NCBI GenBank assembly: GCA_003282155.1
Contig: QBZY01000001.1
Location: 172,312-236,311, forward strand
Length of the DNA stretch: 64,000 nt
DNA from: Pelagibacteraceae bacterium AG-337-I02
Lineage (GTDB): Bacteria > Pseudomonadota > Alphaproteobacteria > HIMB59 > GCA-002718135
Direction: 5' to 3'
Shown: positions 10,174-20,080 of the stretch, piece by piece
How positions within the stretch are numbered: position 1 is the stretch's first letter
How the letters are laid out: each line of letters starts with the position of its first letter
Made by a program: the position numbers and the translations under genes
The notes under the pieces: model-generated
What the model was told of the DNA's origin: nothing
Seen by the model: the letters and a program-made list of their open reading frames with translations, nothing else
The model's database searches: none

Positions 10174-10578
10174 CTAATTTGACATTTTAATTATTATATC
10201 CCATTCAGTTTTTTTTAGAGGCATTACGGAGAGTCTGCTTTGTTTAACAAGTGCAATATCTTGTAACTTACTATTTTCTTTTATTTGATCGAGAGTGACA
10301 GGGTTTTTTAGTTTTTTTGTTGCTTTAACATCAACCACAACAAAACGACCTGTTTCATCAGTAGGATCTGGATAATATTCTTTTACTACTTTAACGATAC
10401 CAACAATACTCCTTTCTGTAACTGAATGATAAAAAAAACATAAATCATTTTTTTTCATCAATTTCAAATTATTTCTGGCTTGATAATTTCGTACCCCATC
10501 CCAAATTGATGCACCTTCTTTGACTTGGTTATCCCAAGACCATGCATCGGGCTCAGATTTCAACAACCAGTACTTCAT
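10174..10578 (-). CDS. EVE (PUA-like) domain protein
   Basis: 134-aa ORF beginning MKYWLLKSEPDAWSWD, with FYHS...IVGIVKV. This is the typical EVE/DUF55 pattern. Confidence 0.8.
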   Translation of the reverse strand: MKYWLLKSEPDAWSWDNQVKEGASIWDGVRNYQARNNLKLMKKNDLCFFYHSVTERSIVGIVKVVKEYYPDPTDETGRFVVVDVKATKKLKNPVTLDQIKENSKLQDIALVKQSRLSVMPLKKTEWDIIIKMSN

Positions 10579-10618
10579 TTTAACATTTCTTTAGTTTAAA
10601 ATTTTTACAAGATTAATT

Positions 10619-11629
10619 TTATAGTACACTTCTTACTCCTAATCTAGGCATTGGTTTAAAAAATATATCATTTCTGTCTTTTTTATAAAATTTCATACAT
10701 GCCCAAGCAATCATGGCTGCATTGTCTCCCATCATTTCTTTTATAGGATAATAAATTTCAATATTTTTTTCGACAGAAAAATTTTCTATTTTACTTCGTA
10801 TATATTTATTATTTGACACTCCCCCTACTACAGAAATTGATCTTATATTTTTATTTTCAGAACTTAATCTTTTTAACCCTCTTTCTAACTTTTCAATAAG
10901 AATTTCAGTAATATTCTTTTGAAATGATGCTGACAAATCTTCTACAAATTTTTTATCAATTTTATTTTTTTTTGTTAAAATGTTTATATTTGTTTTAATA
11001 CCGGAAAATGAAAAATTAAAATTTTTTTCTTTAACTAATGGTTTTGGTAAAACAAATTTATGCTCATTTCCTTTAAGCGCTTGTTCTTCAATTTCGCTAC
11101 CGCCAGGATATGATAGACCAATTAATTTTGCTGTTTTGTCAAAAGCTTCTCCTATTGCATCATCAACACTTTGTCCCAATAGCTCTATTTCACTTTTATT
11201 TTTCATCAAATAAACCTGAGTATGACCTCCCGTTAAAAGCAAGATCAGATTTGGAAATTTTATATTGTTATTAAAACTTGTAGACAATATGTGCCCTTCA
11301 AGATGGTTAGTTGGAATGAATGGTTTGTTAAAAGAAATTGCTAAAGATTTGGTAAAAGTTGAGCCAACCAATAAACTTCCAATAAGTCCAGGTCCACAAG
11401 TAGCAGTAAAAACATCTATTGCTTTTGGTTCTATTTTTTTATTATTAAATAAATCATTAGTTATAACTTGTATTTTTTCTAAATGTGATCTTGAAGCTAA
11501 CTCTGGAACAACACCACCATGTATTTTATGAATATCCTGAGAAAAAGTAATATGTTCTAGTATAGAGCTGTTTTCCATTAGACATATTGATGTTTCGTCG
11601 CACGAAGTTTCTGTAGCAAATACAAGCAT
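10619..11629 (-). CDS. tsaD: tRNA N6-adenosine threonylcarbamoyltransferase TsaD (Gcp)
   Basis: 336-aa ORF with ETSCDETS, NHLEGHI, LLLTGGHTQ, VVGGVSNN and MGDNAAMIA. Confidence 0.9.
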   Translation of the reverse strand: MLVFATETSCDETSICLMENSSILEHITFSQDIHKIHGGVVPELASRSHLEKIQVITNDLFNNKKIEPKAIDVFTATCGPGLIGSLLVGSTFTKSLAISFNKPFIPTNHLEGHILSTSFNNNIKFPNLILLLTGGHTQVYLMKNKSEIELLGQSVDDAIGEAFDKTAKLIGLSYPGGSEIEEQALKGNEHKFVLPKPLVKEKNFNFSFSGIKTNINILTKKNKIDKKFVEDLSASFQKNITEILIEKLERGLKRLSSENKNIRSISVVGGVSNNKYIRSKIENFSVEKNIEIYYPIKEMMGDNAAMIAWACMKFYKKDRNDIFFKPMPRLGVRSVL

Positions 11630-11690
11630 ATTTTTTTGGTACAGTATTTTACACTGTTAAACAACAAACTAATAATGCTAAAAAAAGGGC

Positions 11691-12575
11691 ATGAAAAAAG
11701 TTTTTGATAGTTTTTATGTATTTTCTAAACTTTCACTAAACTTCATCCTTTTATTATCTGTTTTTTTCTTAATTTATCTTCTTTATGTGAATTATCAAAG
11801 TGAAGATGAAGTATTTAAACTTCAGATTGAACAAGAAAATGAACTTAGGGAAAACATTAATGAAAATTCTGAATTTATAAAAGATATATCCAAAGAAATA
11901 TTAGAAACAAAAACAACTTTAACTAATATTGAAAAACTTATCAAAGAAAATTCAAATAAAGAATCAAAAGTAGATTTGACGTCAATCAACGAAAGTATAG
12001 AATTATTAAATAAGAATTTTACCTCACTAAGTTATGAGATTTCTTCTATAAAAAACAAAAATATTGAAGATCAGTCTAATAATAATCCTGAAATAGTAAA
12101 TCAATCTATCAATGAAGTAGTTGAGTTAATAAAGATTAAATACGAAAATAACATAGAATTTGATAAAGAACTCAAATATCTTGAAAAAACTTTAGAAAAT
12201 AATAAAAACCCTATTTTGGAAAAATTATCAATTCTAAAAAGAAATAAATACAAAGGCCACTTATTTTTAGAAGATCAATTTAATGATGAAGTTAATTTAT
12301 ATTTGAAGAATATTGTGAACGAAAACAATAGTGTATTTAACAAAATTATTTTACCATACATTAACCTTTCTCCATCTTCAGAAAATATTATTTTTGATGA
12401 AAATATTTTAATATTAGAAGAAACTAAATTTTTTATTAAAAATAGAAACATAGCTAAAGCTTATGAAAGTATAAGTAAAATAGAAAATTATAAAGTTTTC
12501 TTTAAGGTATCTTTAAATGAAATGATAAATTATAACAATTTTATAACAGAAATATCAAAATTAAATAATGTATAG
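11691..12575 (+). CDS. Membrane-anchored coiled-coil protein, possible alphaproteobacterial Mic60 (mitofilin-domain) homologue
   Basis: 294-aa ORF with one N-terminal TM (LSLNFILLLSVFFLIYLLYV), a long E/K/N-rich coiled-coil-like middle, and a C-terminal block ILEETKFFIKNRNIAKAYESISKIENYKVFFKVSLNEMINY that resembles the mitofilin signature. It lies immediately upstream of, and overlaps, a HemY_N-like gene, which is the published synteny for alpha-Mic60. Confidence 0.4.
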   Translation: MKKVFDSFYVFSKLSLNFILLLSVFFLIYLLYVNYQSEDEVFKLQIEQENELRENINENSEFIKDISKEILETKTTLTNIEKLIKENSNKESKVDLTSINESIELLNKNFTSLSYEISSIKNKNIEDQSNNNPEIVNQSINEVVELIKIKYENNIEFDKELKYLEKTLENNKNPILEKLSILKRNKYKGHLFLEDQFNDEVNLYLKNIVNENNSVFNKIILPYINLSPSSENIIFDENILILEETKFFIKNRNIAKAYESISKIENYKVFFKVSLNEMINYNNFITEISKLNNV

Positions 12576-13869
12576 ATTTTCAATTTTTGTATTACAACTT
12601 TTGTTATTAATCATTGCGCTCACTTTTATTTTTACCAATCCATTTATTGTATCTTTAGATATAGGAAATTTAAAATATTCTTTTTCTTCAAATTTATTTG
12701 CTGTTGTTTTTATATCTTTTATTTTTTTATTATATTTGGTGTTTTATTTATTTTTTCGATCAAGACTTTCACTCGGTAAATATTTCCTAAAAATTAAATA
12801 TAATAAAATTGAAAAAGGTTACTTACACTTTGTTGATGCAATGATAGCTGTTGCAAACAAAGATAACAAGACAGCTTTAAAATCGCATAAAAAAATGGTT
12901 ATGTATCTTAAGGATGACCCATCATTATCTTTGTTATTAAAGTCTGAAGTTTTAAAGATAGAAAAAAAATTTCCTGAATTAAACAATGTCTATGAAAATA
13001 TGATTAAATCAAAAAAGACAGAAACACTTGGATATAGAGGATTAATGGAACAAAATTTAAGAGATCAAGATTATCATCACGCTTTTCTATATGGTGAAAA
13101 ACTATTTTCAATTAATCCAAATATTGAAAAACTTTATGATACGCTAATATTTATTGCCGCAAAAACTAAAAACTGGAATCAAATAATATCATTATCAAAG
13201 AAAGCTTTTTCACATAAACTAATAAGTAAAAATGGTTTAAATGAAAATAAATCTATAGGATTCTATGAAATAGCTAAAATAAAATTTGATAGTGATATTA
13301 AAGATGCTCTTAAAAATATTTTGAAAGCTTTAGAACTGAAAAAAAACTTTGCTCCATATGTAAAACTTCATTTGGAAATTATTGTTAATTTAAATGACAA
13401 AAAAAATCTTAAAAAACTAATAAAGAAATATTGGAGTTTAAATCCAAGTTCTCTACTTCGTTCTATCCTAACAAAAATACTTAATGATAATGATCTTACT
13501 GACATAAAATTCATAAATGAAATAATTAATAATAATGCTAATGAAGAAGAATCTAAAAAGCTTTTAATTTATTTTGCTATAAAAAATTTAAAATGGGATA
13601 TTGCTAGACAAAATATTATTGGAATGATCGGCTCTAATCCTTCTAAGGATATATGTTATTTTATGTCTGATATTGAACTTGGAGAAAATAATGATAAGCA
13701 AAAAAGTGATGCTTGGATAATGAGGGCTCAAAATGCTAAACTGGAAAATAGTTGGATATGCACAATTACAAATCAATCACAAGAGGAATGGAGTTCTTTA
13801 TCTGACTCTGGTAATTATAATTCTCTTGTTTGGTCATCTCCAATGATGATAAGTCAAAATCTAAATTAA
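12568..13869 (+). CDS. HemY_N-domain membrane protein with TPR-like region (HemY-like)
   Basis: 433-aa ORF with two N-terminal TM helices flanking a short loop (the HemY_N layout) followed by helical-repeat-like sequence. It overlaps the upstream ORF by 8 nt. Confidence 0.55.
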   Translation: MYRFSIFVLQLLLLIIALTFIFTNPFIVSLDIGNLKYSFSSNLFAVVFISFIFLLYLVFYLFFRSRLSLGKYFLKIKYNKIEKGYLHFVDAMIAVANKDNKTALKSHKKMVMYLKDDPSLSLLLKSEVLKIEKKFPELNNVYENMIKSKKTETLGYRGLMEQNLRDQDYHHAFLYGEKLFSINPNIEKLYDTLIFIAAKTKNWNQIISLSKKAFSHKLISKNGLNENKSIGFYEIAKIKFDSDIKDALKNILKALELKKNFAPYVKLHLEIIVNLNDKKNLKKLIKKYWSLNPSSLLRSILTKILNDNDLTDIKFINEIINNNANEEESKKLLIYFAIKNLKWDIARQNIIGMIGSNPSKDICYFMSDIELGENNDKQKSDAWIMRAQNAKLENSWICTITNQSQEEWSSLSDSGNYNSLVWSSPMMISQNLN

Positions 13870-13870
13870 T

Positions 13871-14566
13871 ATGAAATTAAATTTTTTTATAGGATATGAT
13901 TCTAAAGAGGATATTGCTTATAGAGTTTGTAAGTATTCACTTCTAAAACGAACAAATGCTGATGTAAATGTTTTGTCTTTAAAACTAAATGAGCTTATTG
14001 CGAAAAAATTATACACCAGAAACATTGATCCTTTGGCATCTACACAATTTACTTATTCAAGATTTTTAGTTCCAAAACTAGCAAATTATGAAGGTTGGGC
14101 AGTTTTCTGTGACTGTGATTTTATCTTTTTAGGTGACGTATCCAACTTATTTAAAAATCTTGATGAAAATAAAGCCGTCTATTGTGTAAAACATGACTAT
14201 ACACCCAAAGAGAAACATAAAATGGATGGACAGAAACAAACAATTTATCCAAGAAAAAATTGGTCTAGTTTTATTTTATATAACTGCTCTCACCCTAGTA
14301 CAAAAAAATTAACTGTAGAGAAAGTTAATAGCGAAACAGGTGCATACCTTCATCAATTTAAATGGTGTGAAGATAATGAAATTGGATCTTTAGACGAAAG
14401 ATGGAATTGGTTAGAAGGATGGACTTCAGGTCATAATAAATATGAGCCTTATGCAGTTCATTATACTAGAGGAGGACCATGGTTTTCTGAATGGCAGGAT
14501 GTAGAATTTGCTAAGGAATGGCTTGAAGAAAGAGATGAATATCTTTCTAAAAAATTTAAATCATAG
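13871..14566 (+). CDS. Putative GT-A fold glycosyltransferase (GT8-like)
   Basis: 231-aa ORF with TYSRFLVPKL and a DxD-like FCDCDFIFLGD motif followed by VKHDY. This nucleotide-sugar transferase-like layout is a family call only. Confidence 0.45.
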   Translation: MKLNFFIGYDSKEDIAYRVCKYSLLKRTNADVNVLSLKLNELIAKKLYTRNIDPLASTQFTYSRFLVPKLANYEGWAVFCDCDFIFLGDVSNLFKNLDENKAVYCVKHDYTPKEKHKMDGQKQTIYPRKNWSSFILYNCSHPSTKKLTVEKVNSETGAYLHQFKWCEDNEIGSLDERWNWLEGWTSGHNKYEPYAVHYTRGGPWFSEWQDVEFAKEWLEERDEYLSKKFKS

Positions 14567-16345
14567 ATTTAAATAATTTTCTAAATTAATAAATCCCTTC
14601 AAAAAGCTCTGTTTTTCAATTAATTCTACAGAATTATACCAAGGTGTTTTATTATTTTTCTGATTCCAATAATGAAAAAGTGCATAGTTATCTGGTTTTA
14701 TAAGTAATGTTTTTACTCCTAGAGAACCTGCTAGGTGAGCCGTACTATTGCTCACTGTAATAAAGATATCTAGTGATTTTAAAAGTGAAGCTATGCCTTC
14801 AAAATCATTATAAAGATCTAAATCATTTATATTCAGAAGATAATTTTTTTTATTATTGAAAATATTAATTTCATCTCCAACATCACCATATTGTAAATTA
14901 AAAATATTACAATTTGGAAGCTTAAATATATCTTTGAAGTCATTTAAATGTAATGATTTATCTGATGCATATCTATTATTAAAACTTTTCCAAGAAATCC
15001 CAATATTATATTTATTCTTATATTTTAATAATTTATTTTGTGTTCTCTTATAATTTTCCTCATCTACACTTATGTATGGCTTATTAATAAAATCTGATAG
15101 TCTTTTGCGATAATACTTACCTAAGCTTCCAGCATATAAAACATAATCAATTTTTTCTAGTTCGTATTCTTTGCCTGAAATACTCCCAAGCTCAGCAAAT
15201 CTATTACTATATTCTGGAAAAGATCTCTTGAACAAATTTAATAATCTTGGATCACACTCAATAGTAATATTTTCTATATTTTTTAGAAGATCACCATACA
15301 TAGAACCATATAAAATTTCATCTCCTACTCCTTGTTCTCTTACAATTAAAAATTTACTTTTTGATTTACTTATTACTTTTTTTGTAAATAATTTTTTGTT
15401 TAACTTCTCAATATTTTTATTTTTTATTATAAAGTCGTTCAAGCTTAGTCTTCCATCAAAATAATTCCAACCATTTTCATAATCATGATCTTTAAGATAA
15501 ATAAATGATAAGGTTTTTTGAACATCACCATCATTTGGTTTTAATTTTAATGCCTTAAAGCTATTATCTTTTGCATCATCATGCATATTTAAATCAAAAT
15601 AAGTTTTTGATAAATTGTTATAAATATATGAATTGTTAGGATTAAGTGAAATTGCTTTTTTATAGTAGTCAATAGCTTTGTTACTTTTACCTTCTTCCCT
15701 ATAAAAGCCTGCTATATTATTTGTAACATAAAAAGATAATTCATCTATTTTTAACGCATCTAGAAAAAACTTTTCTGCTTTTTTTGGATCGCGTTTTTCA
15801 TGATAAATTCTTCCTAATGAATTTAGTGCAGATAAGTTTCTAGAATCATCTTTTAAAATATCATTAAAGATTTTTATTGCTTTGTTGAAATTTCCTTCAG
15901 CAAAATAACATTGACCTAAAATGTTCAAGCAGACTGTATCTTTATTATTTTTAGTAAGAAAATGTGAGCATATCTCTTTAGATTCTTGGATATTATTTAA
16001 TTTTAAACAAGCAAAAGCTTTATCTTTGTGTATATTTTCAATTTGTTGTATTTGTAAAATATTATTTATTAGATTTAGCGCTTTAAAATATTTACCCTCT
16101 AAAAAATAAATATTATAAAGATTAATCATCGCTTTCAGATTTTTCTCTATCTTAATTAAGTAATTGTAGTTAGATTTTGCTTCTGTATTTAAATTGAGTT
16201 TTTGTTGTATTACTGCTAAATTATAACGAAGTAGATTATTATTCTTATTCTTATTAAAAATTTTTTCTAATTCTTTATAAATCTTGAATTTGTTACCAGA
16301 CTCAAATTTTTTAAGGAGACTATTAATTTGAAAATTCAAATTCAT
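14561..16345 (-). CDS. TPR-repeat protein with C-terminal GT9 (heptosyltransferase)-like glycosyltransferase domain
   Basis: 594-aa ORF. The N-terminal ~300 aa contains multiple TPR-like units (e.g. AIDYYKKAISLNPNNSYIYNNL). The C-terminal half has REQGVGDEI, ISWKS, NLQYGD and LDIFITVSNSTAHLAGSLGVKTLLI, which matches the GT9-type VDTxxAHLAGALG block. Confidence 0.65.
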   Translation of the reverse strand: MNLNFQINSLLKKFESGNKFKIYKELEKIFNKNKNNNLLRYNLAVIQQKLNLNTEAKSNYNYLIKIEKNLKAMINLYNIYFLEGKYFKALNLINNILQIQQIENIHKDKAFACLKLNNIQESKEICSHFLTKNNKDTVCLNILGQCYFAEGNFNKAIKIFNDILKDDSRNLSALNSLGRIYHEKRDPKKAEKFFLDALKIDELSFYVTNNIAGFYREEGKSNKAIDYYKKAISLNPNNSYIYNNLSKTYFDLNMHDDAKDNSFKALKLKPNDGDVQKTLSFIYLKDHDYENGWNYFDGRLSLNDFIIKNKNIEKLNKKLFTKKVISKSKSKFLIVREQGVGDEILYGSMYGDLLKNIENITIECDPRLLNLFKRSFPEYSNRFAELGSISGKEYELEKIDYVLYAGSLGKYYRKRLSDFINKPYISVDEENYKRTQNKLLKYKNKYNIGISWKSFNNRYASDKSLHLNDFKDIFKLPNCNIFNLQYGDVGDEINIFNNKKNYLLNINDLDLYNDFEGIASLLKSLDIFITVSNSTAHLAGSLGVKTLLIKPDNYALFHYWNQKNNKTPWYNSVELIEKQSFLKGFINLENYLNL

Positions 16346-18128
16346 TACTTCTATCTAAAATATTATTTATTAAATCTATTGTTTTATTAATAGATTTTTC
16401 TATTCCTAAAACTTTAATGTTTTTATACCAAATTGAAGAGCCACTTTGTGTATTCCAATAGTAATAAGTAGATGATTTTTTTGGACATATTAGTATTGTT
16501 GGTATGCCCAGTGCACCTGCAAAATGAGCTGTTGAATTACTTACAGTAATAAATATATCTAAATTTTTTAGTAACCCCATACATGCTTCAATATCATTAA
16601 ATAAATCTAATTCATCAAACACTTCTAAGTGTTTATTTTTATTTAATATATATTTTTTATCTGAATCTATATCACCATATTGTAAATTAATGACTATTCT
16701 TTCATTAGTAAATAAAGGTTCAAAATCTTTAATAGATAATGATTTCAAACTACCATAAATATTTACTACACTTTTCCAAGATATACCCATTTTTAGTTTA
16801 CCTTTATAGGCACTTAATTTCTTTTCGTAATTTTTAACTATATCTTTTCGTGCAGTTAAATAATGACCATATTCAAAATCAGCTATATTTTTTCTGAAAA
16901 ATTTAATCATACTTCCAGCATATATAATTTTATTGAAATCAGATACTTTGGAATTTTTTGAAAAATATCCATCTTCTACAAAAATATTTTTTCCAAATGA
17001 TCTATTAAAAATAGATACTAATCTTTTATCTGCTTCTATTTTAAGATTTTCAAATTTATTTATAATTTCAGGATATATTGAACTAAATAAAATTTCTTCA
17101 CCTATTCCTTGTTCTCTTAAAACAAGTAATTTGTCATTTGGAACAATTTTTAAATTATTAAATAAATTATTTTTAACCAAATTAAAATTATTTAACTTTT
17201 CTTTATTTTTTTCTATTAATAACCTTGAGTCAAATAATTCCCAAGATTTATCAAAGTTATTTAATTTTAATTGTAGCACACAATAGGCATAAATTAACTT
17301 ATAATCATAAGGATTAAGTTTTAATGCTTTATTATAAAATATTTTAGCTTCTTTTTCTCTGCTGTCTCTACAGTAGCATATAGCTAAATTAGACAAAATT
17401 TCTGGGTTATTTGGATCAAGATTCAAAGCTTCATTATAATACTTTACTGCTTGCTTAATATTATCTTGCAGGCTTAGAACATTAGCTAAGTTTATGAGAG
17501 TTGATACATTTTTTTCTTCAATATCATAGGCACTACTAAATACTTGTTTTGCCTCATCAAGTTTTTCTAATTCAAGCAAACAAGAACCTAAATTATTATA
17601 ACTATCTATATATCGATCATTAATTTTAATTGCTAAATTAAAAAGATTTTTTGCTTCACTAAAAAAATTATTTTTAAGATATATTAAACCTTTAATATTA
17701 TATCCAAAGTAGTCATCTTCTTTTAAACTTAATATATTTTCTATGAATTTTTTTGCGCGAACATAATCATTTTTTAAAAAATAAATATAAGATTTGTCAC
17801 GTAAAGCATCATAATTTTTAGTATCTATCTCAAGTATAGAATTTATTTTTTCTAACGCTTCATCTAGCAAGCCTTTGTCCAAAAGTAATTTATATAATTG
17901 AGAAAGGTAAGAAATGTCATTATTTTTTATAAATACAATTTTTTTTAACGCATTAATTGACGTATCTATGTCACCTACTTTTTTGGCTATTTGAAACAAT
18001 ACATTTTGAACGCTTATACTTTTATTATATTTACTTGATAATTTTTTAATATCTTCGAAAGCAATTTCTTTATTTACATTGTTGAATGTATCAATAATTT
18101 TTTTAAGTTTATTTTCTAAGTTAGACAT
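16323..18128 (-). CDS. TPR-repeat protein with C-terminal GT9-like glycosyltransferase domain (tandem paralogue of 14561-16345)
   Basis: 601-aa ORF with the same architecture as its neighbour and colinear C-terminal blocks (REQGIGEEI, GISWKS, NLQYGD, LDIFITVSNSTAHFAGALGIPTILI). It overlaps the downstream paralogue by 23 nt. Confidence 0.65.
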   Translation of the reverse strand: MSNLENKLKKIIDTFNNVNKEIAFEDIKKLSSKYNKSISVQNVLFQIAKKVGDIDTSINALKKIVFIKNNDISYLSQLYKLLLDKGLLDEALEKINSILEIDTKNYDALRDKSYIYFLKNDYVRAKKFIENILSLKEDDYFGYNIKGLIYLKNNFFSEAKNLFNLAIKINDRYIDSYNNLGSCLLELEKLDEAKQVFSSAYDIEEKNVSTLINLANVLSLQDNIKQAVKYYNEALNLDPNNPEILSNLAICYCRDSREKEAKIFYNKALKLNPYDYKLIYAYCVLQLKLNNFDKSWELFDSRLLIEKNKEKLNNFNLVKNNLFNNLKIVPNDKLLVLREQGIGEEILFSSIYPEIINKFENLKIEADKRLVSIFNRSFGKNIFVEDGYFSKNSKVSDFNKIIYAGSMIKFFRKNIADFEYGHYLTARKDIVKNYEKKLSAYKGKLKMGISWKSVVNIYGSLKSLSIKDFEPLFTNERIVINLQYGDIDSDKKYILNKNKHLEVFDELDLFNDIEACMGLLKNLDIFITVSNSTAHFAGALGIPTILICPKKSSTYYYWNTQSGSSIWYKNIKVLGIEKSINKTIDLINNILDRSNEFEFSN

Positions 18129-18157
18129 AAAAAAACCCAGCCTTTAAAAGACTGGGT
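18129..18157 (-). terminator. Rho-independent terminator downstream of the BI-1 family gene
   Basis: On the minus strand, stem ACCCAG (with an inner extension) pairs with CTGGGT (18135-18140 / 18152-18157) and is followed by a T7 run (complement of 18129-18135). It lies 32 nt after the stop at 18189. Confidence 0.6.
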
Positions 18158-18188
18158 ATAATAAAAAGATATTTGGGTTTTAAAAGAA

Positions 18189-18941
18189 TTATCTTCTTTG
18201 ACCAAATAATTGTAGCAATAAAATGAATAGGTTGATGAAGTCCAAATACAATTTTAATGCACCCATCAATGCTTTTTTTGATCCTATTTCTTCACTATCA
18301 CCACCGTAATACATATTTTTAATATTTTGAGTATCATATGCTGTTAATCCCACAAAAACTAGAACACCAATGACCGAGATTGCAAATTGTAAGGCTGTTG
18401 AGCCAACAAAAATATTAACAACACTGGCAATAATAATACCAATTAATCCCATAAATAAGAAACCACCAAGTTTTGTTAGATCTCTTTTAGTTGTGTAGCC
18501 ATACAAGCTCATAGCTCCGAATGTACTTGCGGTAATAAAAAATACTCTAGCTATCGAGGTTTGTGTAAATTCAATAAATACTGAAGCAAGAGATAAGCCC
18601 ATGATACTAGCAAATAACCAAAATGTTATTTGGGCTGCGGATACTGACATCCTGTTAATTCTAGCACTCAAATAAAACACAAATCCTAATGGGGCTAACA
18701 TAACAATCCATTTTAGTGGAGATCCAAAAAGTAATGCACCCACCTGAGTTACACCTACAATTTGACCCATTTCGTTAGTAACTATCGACGCTTTCCCAAA
18801 GAAGTAAGCAATAAATCCAGTAAGCAACAAGCCAATTGTCATGTAATTGTAGACTTTAAGCATATACGCCCTCAAGCCTTCATCAATTGCTGCCTGATCT
18901 ACTGATTTAGTATAAGATCGTTGATTAAAGTCTAAAGCCAT
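18189..18941 (-). CDS. Bax inhibitor-1/YccA family membrane protein
   Basis: 250-aa ORF with about 7 predicted TM helices, an N-terminal LRAYMLKVYNYM block and a C-terminal YLDFINLFILLLQLFG..RR typical of BI-1/YccA. Confidence 0.85.
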   Translation of the reverse strand: MALDFNQRSYTKSVDQAAIDEGLRAYMLKVYNYMTIGLLLTGFIAYFFGKASIVTNEMGQIVGVTQVGALLFGSPLKWIVMLAPLGFVFYLSARINRMSVSAAQITFWLFASIMGLSLASVFIEFTQTSIARVFFITASTFGAMSLYGYTTKRDLTKLGGFLFMGLIGIIIASVVNIFVGSTALQFAISVIGVLVFVGLTAYDTQNIKNMYYGGDSEEIGSKKALMGALKLYLDFINLFILLLQLFGQRR

Positions 18942-19012
18942 AATTTCTCCTTTTAATTATTACTAATATCGCTATAAATCCGACAATTTCAAGAGATTTT
19001 GTAAAAATTATT

Positions 19013-20062
19013 ATGAAGTATAGAAAATTAGGGATAACAAATTTAGACGTAAGCGTTATTTGTCTTGGTACCATGACCTGGGGAGAACAAAACAATCAGG
19101 ATGATGGCTTTAAACAAATGGACTATGCTTTTGAAAGAGGAGTTAATTTTTTTGATACAGCTGAAGTTTATTCCATACCAACTAGAGCCGCAACCTATGG
19201 TAAAACAGAGGATATCATTGGTAATTGGTTTGCTCAAAATGATAAACGAAAAGACGTAATTTTAGCAACTAAAATTTGTGCAAAAAGCGAAGGTAACAGC
19301 TGGATAAGAGATGGAGGACCCAATCTCATTTTTGATAAAAAAAATATTAATTCTGCAATTGATGGTAGTCTTAAGAGATTAAAAACTGATTATATTGATC
19401 TATACCAACTTCACGCACCAGAGAGGAAGGTGCCAAAATTTGGAAAATTAAATTTTGAATATGATCCTGAAGATTCCTGGGTTGAGTTAGAAGAAGTTTT
19501 ATCTTGTCTCCAAGATTTAATTAAACAAGGTAAAGTAAGGCACATAGGTGTATCCAATGAGACACCTTGGGGTGTTATGAAATATATGAAATTATCAGAA
19601 GAAAAAAATTTACCACGCATGATGTCTATTCAAAATGTATATAGTTTAGTAAATAGAATTTTTGATATTCATAACTCTGAAGTTTCAATTAGAGAAAATT
19701 GTGGTTTACTTGCGTATTCTCCTTTAGCAGGAGGAAGATTAAGTGGAAAATATATTGGTGGTAAAAATCCACCTAATACAAGATTTACATTATGGGCTAA
19801 CCGCTTTGATAGACATAACACGATGAGAGGTGAAAACGCTATTGAGAAATATGTTAACCTTGCTAACAGCCATGGAATACCTCCATCTACTTTTGCTAAT
19901 GCATTTGTAAATGATCGTCCGTTTGTAACTAGTAATATAATAGGAGCAACTACAATGGAGCAGCTCAAAGAAAATATAGATAGTATTGATATTACTTTAA
20001 CTGATGATATTTTACAGGAGATTGAAGATATTCATCTTTATGATCCAAACCCTTGCGTGTAA
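19013..20062 (+). CDS. NADP-dependent aldo/keto reductase (Tas-like), copy 1
   Basis: 349-aa ORF with LGTMTWGEQN, GVNFFDTAEVY, DLYQLHAPER and IGATTMEQLKENI, typical of AKR (Tas/YajO-like) proteins. Confidence 0.9.
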   Translation: MKYRKLGITNLDVSVICLGTMTWGEQNNQDDGFKQMDYAFERGVNFFDTAEVYSIPTRAATYGKTEDIIGNWFAQNDKRKDVILATKICAKSEGNSWIRDGGPNLIFDKKNINSAIDGSLKRLKTDYIDLYQLHAPERKVPKFGKLNFEYDPEDSWVELEEVLSCLQDLIKQGKVRHIGVSNETPWGVMKYMKLSEEKNLPRMMSIQNVYSLVNRIFDIHNSEVSIRENCGLLAYSPLAGGRLSGKYIGGKNPPNTRFTLWANRFDRHNTMRGENAIEKYVNLANSHGIPPSTFANAFVNDRPFVTSNIIGATTMEQLKENIDSIDITLTDDILQEIEDIHLYDPNPCV

Positions 20063-20080
20063 TAATGGTAAAAATAAAAA

